Shown here: positions 61,827 to 64,000 of the stretch, piece after piece
Numbering within the stretch: the stretch's first letter is position 1
How the letters are laid out: the number at the start of each line of letters is the position of its first letter
NCBI RefSeq assembly: GCF_003704095.1
Contig: NW_020844165.1
Location: 1 to 64,000 of the forward strand
From: Pocillopora damicornis
Taxonomy: Eukaryota
Direction of reading: 5' to 3'
DNA length: 64,000 nucleotides
Notes under the pieces: generated by a model
What the model saw: only the letters and a program-made list of their open reading frames with translations
Told to the model about the DNA's origin: nothing
Databases searched by the model: none
Position numbers and translations under genes: made by a program

Positions 61827-61842
61827 GGCTCCTAAAGAAGCC
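61827..61842 (-). promoter_or_regulatory. Histone-mRNA-type 3' stem-loop after the CCDC106-like ORF
   Basis: Minus strand TAG, 32 nt ending AAAAAAAACAAT, then GGCTTC-TTTA-GGAGCC-ACCAA. Confidence 0.55.
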
Positions 61843-61874
61843 ATTGTTTTTTTTGTTGTTGTTGATGGAGCCCT

Positions 61875-62270
61875 CTAGGAATAGAAGGCATCATCTGATG
61901 CCAGCAGCAATAGCTTCTTCGTGAGGCGAAATCATTTCACAATCAGCCGCAGTCCACCCAGCGGCTTTCTACACACCTGCTCAACGGTTTTTACGGCTAG
62001 TTTGGGGTCTCTCAGCCTCTTCAAGGTGCTTTGGAATGTCACCTCATTGACAATTCTCAGCTCTACTATACCAAGAAAGTATCTGATGGTGCTGCGTGCT
62101 GTACCTGCCAGTCTATATGCATTGTTTAAGCAGATGGATTTTGGCAGGGTCATTGCAGTCAACCTTTGCAGCAGCTTCATGGTTTTCAGGTGATGGTATT
62201 GCAGGATTCTGCTTTAGTCTTAGCTGCTGCTCCAAGGCCTTTATTCGCTTATCTTTTCACTTAAGCTCCT
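61875..62270 (-). pseudogene. CCDC106-like domain ORF remnant (probably repeat-borne)
   Basis: AYRLAGTARSTIRYFLGIVELRIVNEVTF...VCRK.LGG...IVK*FRLTKKLLLLASDDAFYS* resembles the recalled CCDC106 C-terminal domain (AF....VDRNTV....IAEL.IV...K.LLP); one internal stop. Confidence 0.5.
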
Positions 62271-62619
62271 TTGGTAGGTAGGCCACTCATGGAATGAGGA
62301 TTTTGAGTATGTCTATAATATTGCTAGGCAATGAGTTCCATTCTTTGATAGGCTAACTATGGAATGAGTGGCCTACCACAGCCCTGTATCTGCTGATGGG
62401 AAGTATTATCCAGAAGGTTTCTATATCTACAAGAGGGAAGTCCTGCAAAGGGGATACCCATCACAGCCAGACTTTAACAAAAAATAAAAGTGGAATGGGA
62501 GAGATAAACAATAAATGATGATAAAAATCTAACAAATATAAAAATATATATAATTAATTATTAAAATGATAAATGATCTGCTAATTAAAATTAGATTGTT
62601 GTAAACTACATGTAAGTAC

Positions 62620-63600
62620 TTATTTAACTAATGGAGTTTTGACTATGTCAATAATTTTGCTAGGCAACGAGTTCCATTCTTTAATCGTTCTGCCATAAAA
62701 TAAGTTTCTGTAAGCTTCAGTGTTTGGTTTTTAGTTCAATGAACTTGTCTTTATGGATGGATTGTAGTTGACTATTGCACCTTTTAATATAGCTTATGAT
62801 TTCTAATGCTGATTCACCTTGAGTTGTTTTATGAAGCATTGTTAGGTGAGCAATTTTCCTTCTATTTTGGAGAAAGGGCGAATCCAGATCATTAAGTAGA
62901 TTTATGACAGTTCCAGGTGTTCGCTGCCAACAATTCTTTACAAATCGTCGATCACCTTTGTACAGCTTCTATTTGCTTTATATGCTGGTCCATCCATGGA
63001 TCCCATACTTGGCTTGCATATTCAAGATGAGGTCTCACTAGAGCGTTATAAGCTAATTCTTGATTGATTCAGGGCAGTTGCCAAGATTTCTTCATCGGAA
63101 GCCGAGGGATTGTTTGCTATATTTACCTTACTGTTAATGTGATATCTCCAATCTAGTGTAGAGGATAGTTCAACTCCAAGATATTCTTTCTATGTACCCT
63201 TCAAAGCGCCGTTTAAGGTCGTTCCTGACAGCTTCTATATTGCCTTTCTTGAACATGAACACTTTCCTTGGTTGCTTTCTATTGGTTGATGGTTTTAAGT
63301 TTATATCGAAGATGATGGCATCATGATCACTCATTTTCAGGTCAGTAACCTTGTCAGGGTTAGTTGTGAAGACTAAGTCTAAGATATTGTGGCCTCTAGT
63401 TGCTTGCTTCACATGTTGGGTCAAGAAGTGGTTATGTTCAGCAGCTTAATGTTAACCTCCATTCTGTGTGCAGGATTAGGTTGAATGGAGTAGTTATTAT
63501 CATCATCCCAGGATACACTAGGCAAATTAAAATTACTAGTGATTAGTATGTTTGGAGGGGATTTATAAGCCAGTTGACAAAGTGTTTGGTCCAGGGTTTA
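62620..63600 (-). mobile_element. LINE ORF2 remnant (APE endonuclease end fused by deletion to the RT C-terminus)
   Basis: NFNLPSVSW, TQHVKQATRGHNILDLVFTTNPD..SDHDAI, then AYNALVRPHLEYASQVWD and F..RTIKEWNSLP. A second short EWNSLP fragment lies near 62300-62400. Confidence 0.85.
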
Positions 63601-64000
63601 AATTATCTAATAACGTATTTATAAAAAAAATTTCATAAAATGTCTGCAGCTGCTTGGCTATAGATGCTTACACACACAAGCCTGACTAATTCGATAACCA
63701 TTATCTGGGTTATATTGTTAGTCAATAATTCCATATGTCCTCATCAAAATAATATACAATAATTGAACATCATTATTGTAAAATACCATAATAAATTACT
63801 TNNNNNNNNNNNNNNNNNNNNNNNNNNNNNNNNNNNNNNNNNNNNNNNNNNNNNNNNNNNNNNNNNNNNNNNNNNNNNNNNNNNNNNNNNNNNNNNNNNN
63901 NTTTAAAAAGCAACTTAAAACATTTCTATTTAGGAAAGCTTTCAGTTCGTTTCAATAGTTCTAATGTTTATTGCCTTTTAATATTTTAATTTCAATTAGT

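Larger units (their letters stand above)
16699..63901. other. Seven 100-N scaffold gaps (16699-16798, 20274-20373, 27229-27328, 35149-35248, 46106-46205, 60483-60582, 63802-63901)
   Basis: Uniform 100-N runs, i.e. placeholder gaps of unknown true size. Confidence 0.95.

Overview
AT-rich, intron-rich animal genomic DNA with seven 100-N scaffold gaps. The gene set and repeat families suggest a cnidarian, probably a stony coral (inference). By manual splice-phase reconstruction the window holds: (1) a hidden multi-exon gene fragment encoding a cysteine-less Ig domain followed by an IL-17-receptor-type FnIII domain (4475-19045, +); (2) a probable bidirectional promoter with the first exon of a divergent gene; (3) GTF3C1 (TFIIIC220) with 35 visible coding exons (21097-46470, +), with more exons inferred inside gaps; (4) EFCAB9 (3 exons, 199 aa), ending in a CaaX motif; (5) an intronless rhodopsin-class GPCR; and (6) many decayed transposons (Academ, MULE, Merlin, Penelope, L2/CR1-type LINEs, a SINE, MITEs). 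The most striking observation is that three unrelated non-histone ORF remnants (a Merlin transposase, a MULE transposase and a CCDC106-like ORF) each end in a histone-mRNA-type 3' stem-loop within about 35 nt of the stop codon. This suggests mobile elements may co-opt SLBP/U7 (S-phase) 3'-end processing. Homology statements rely on recalled human and family sequences, not on a database search.
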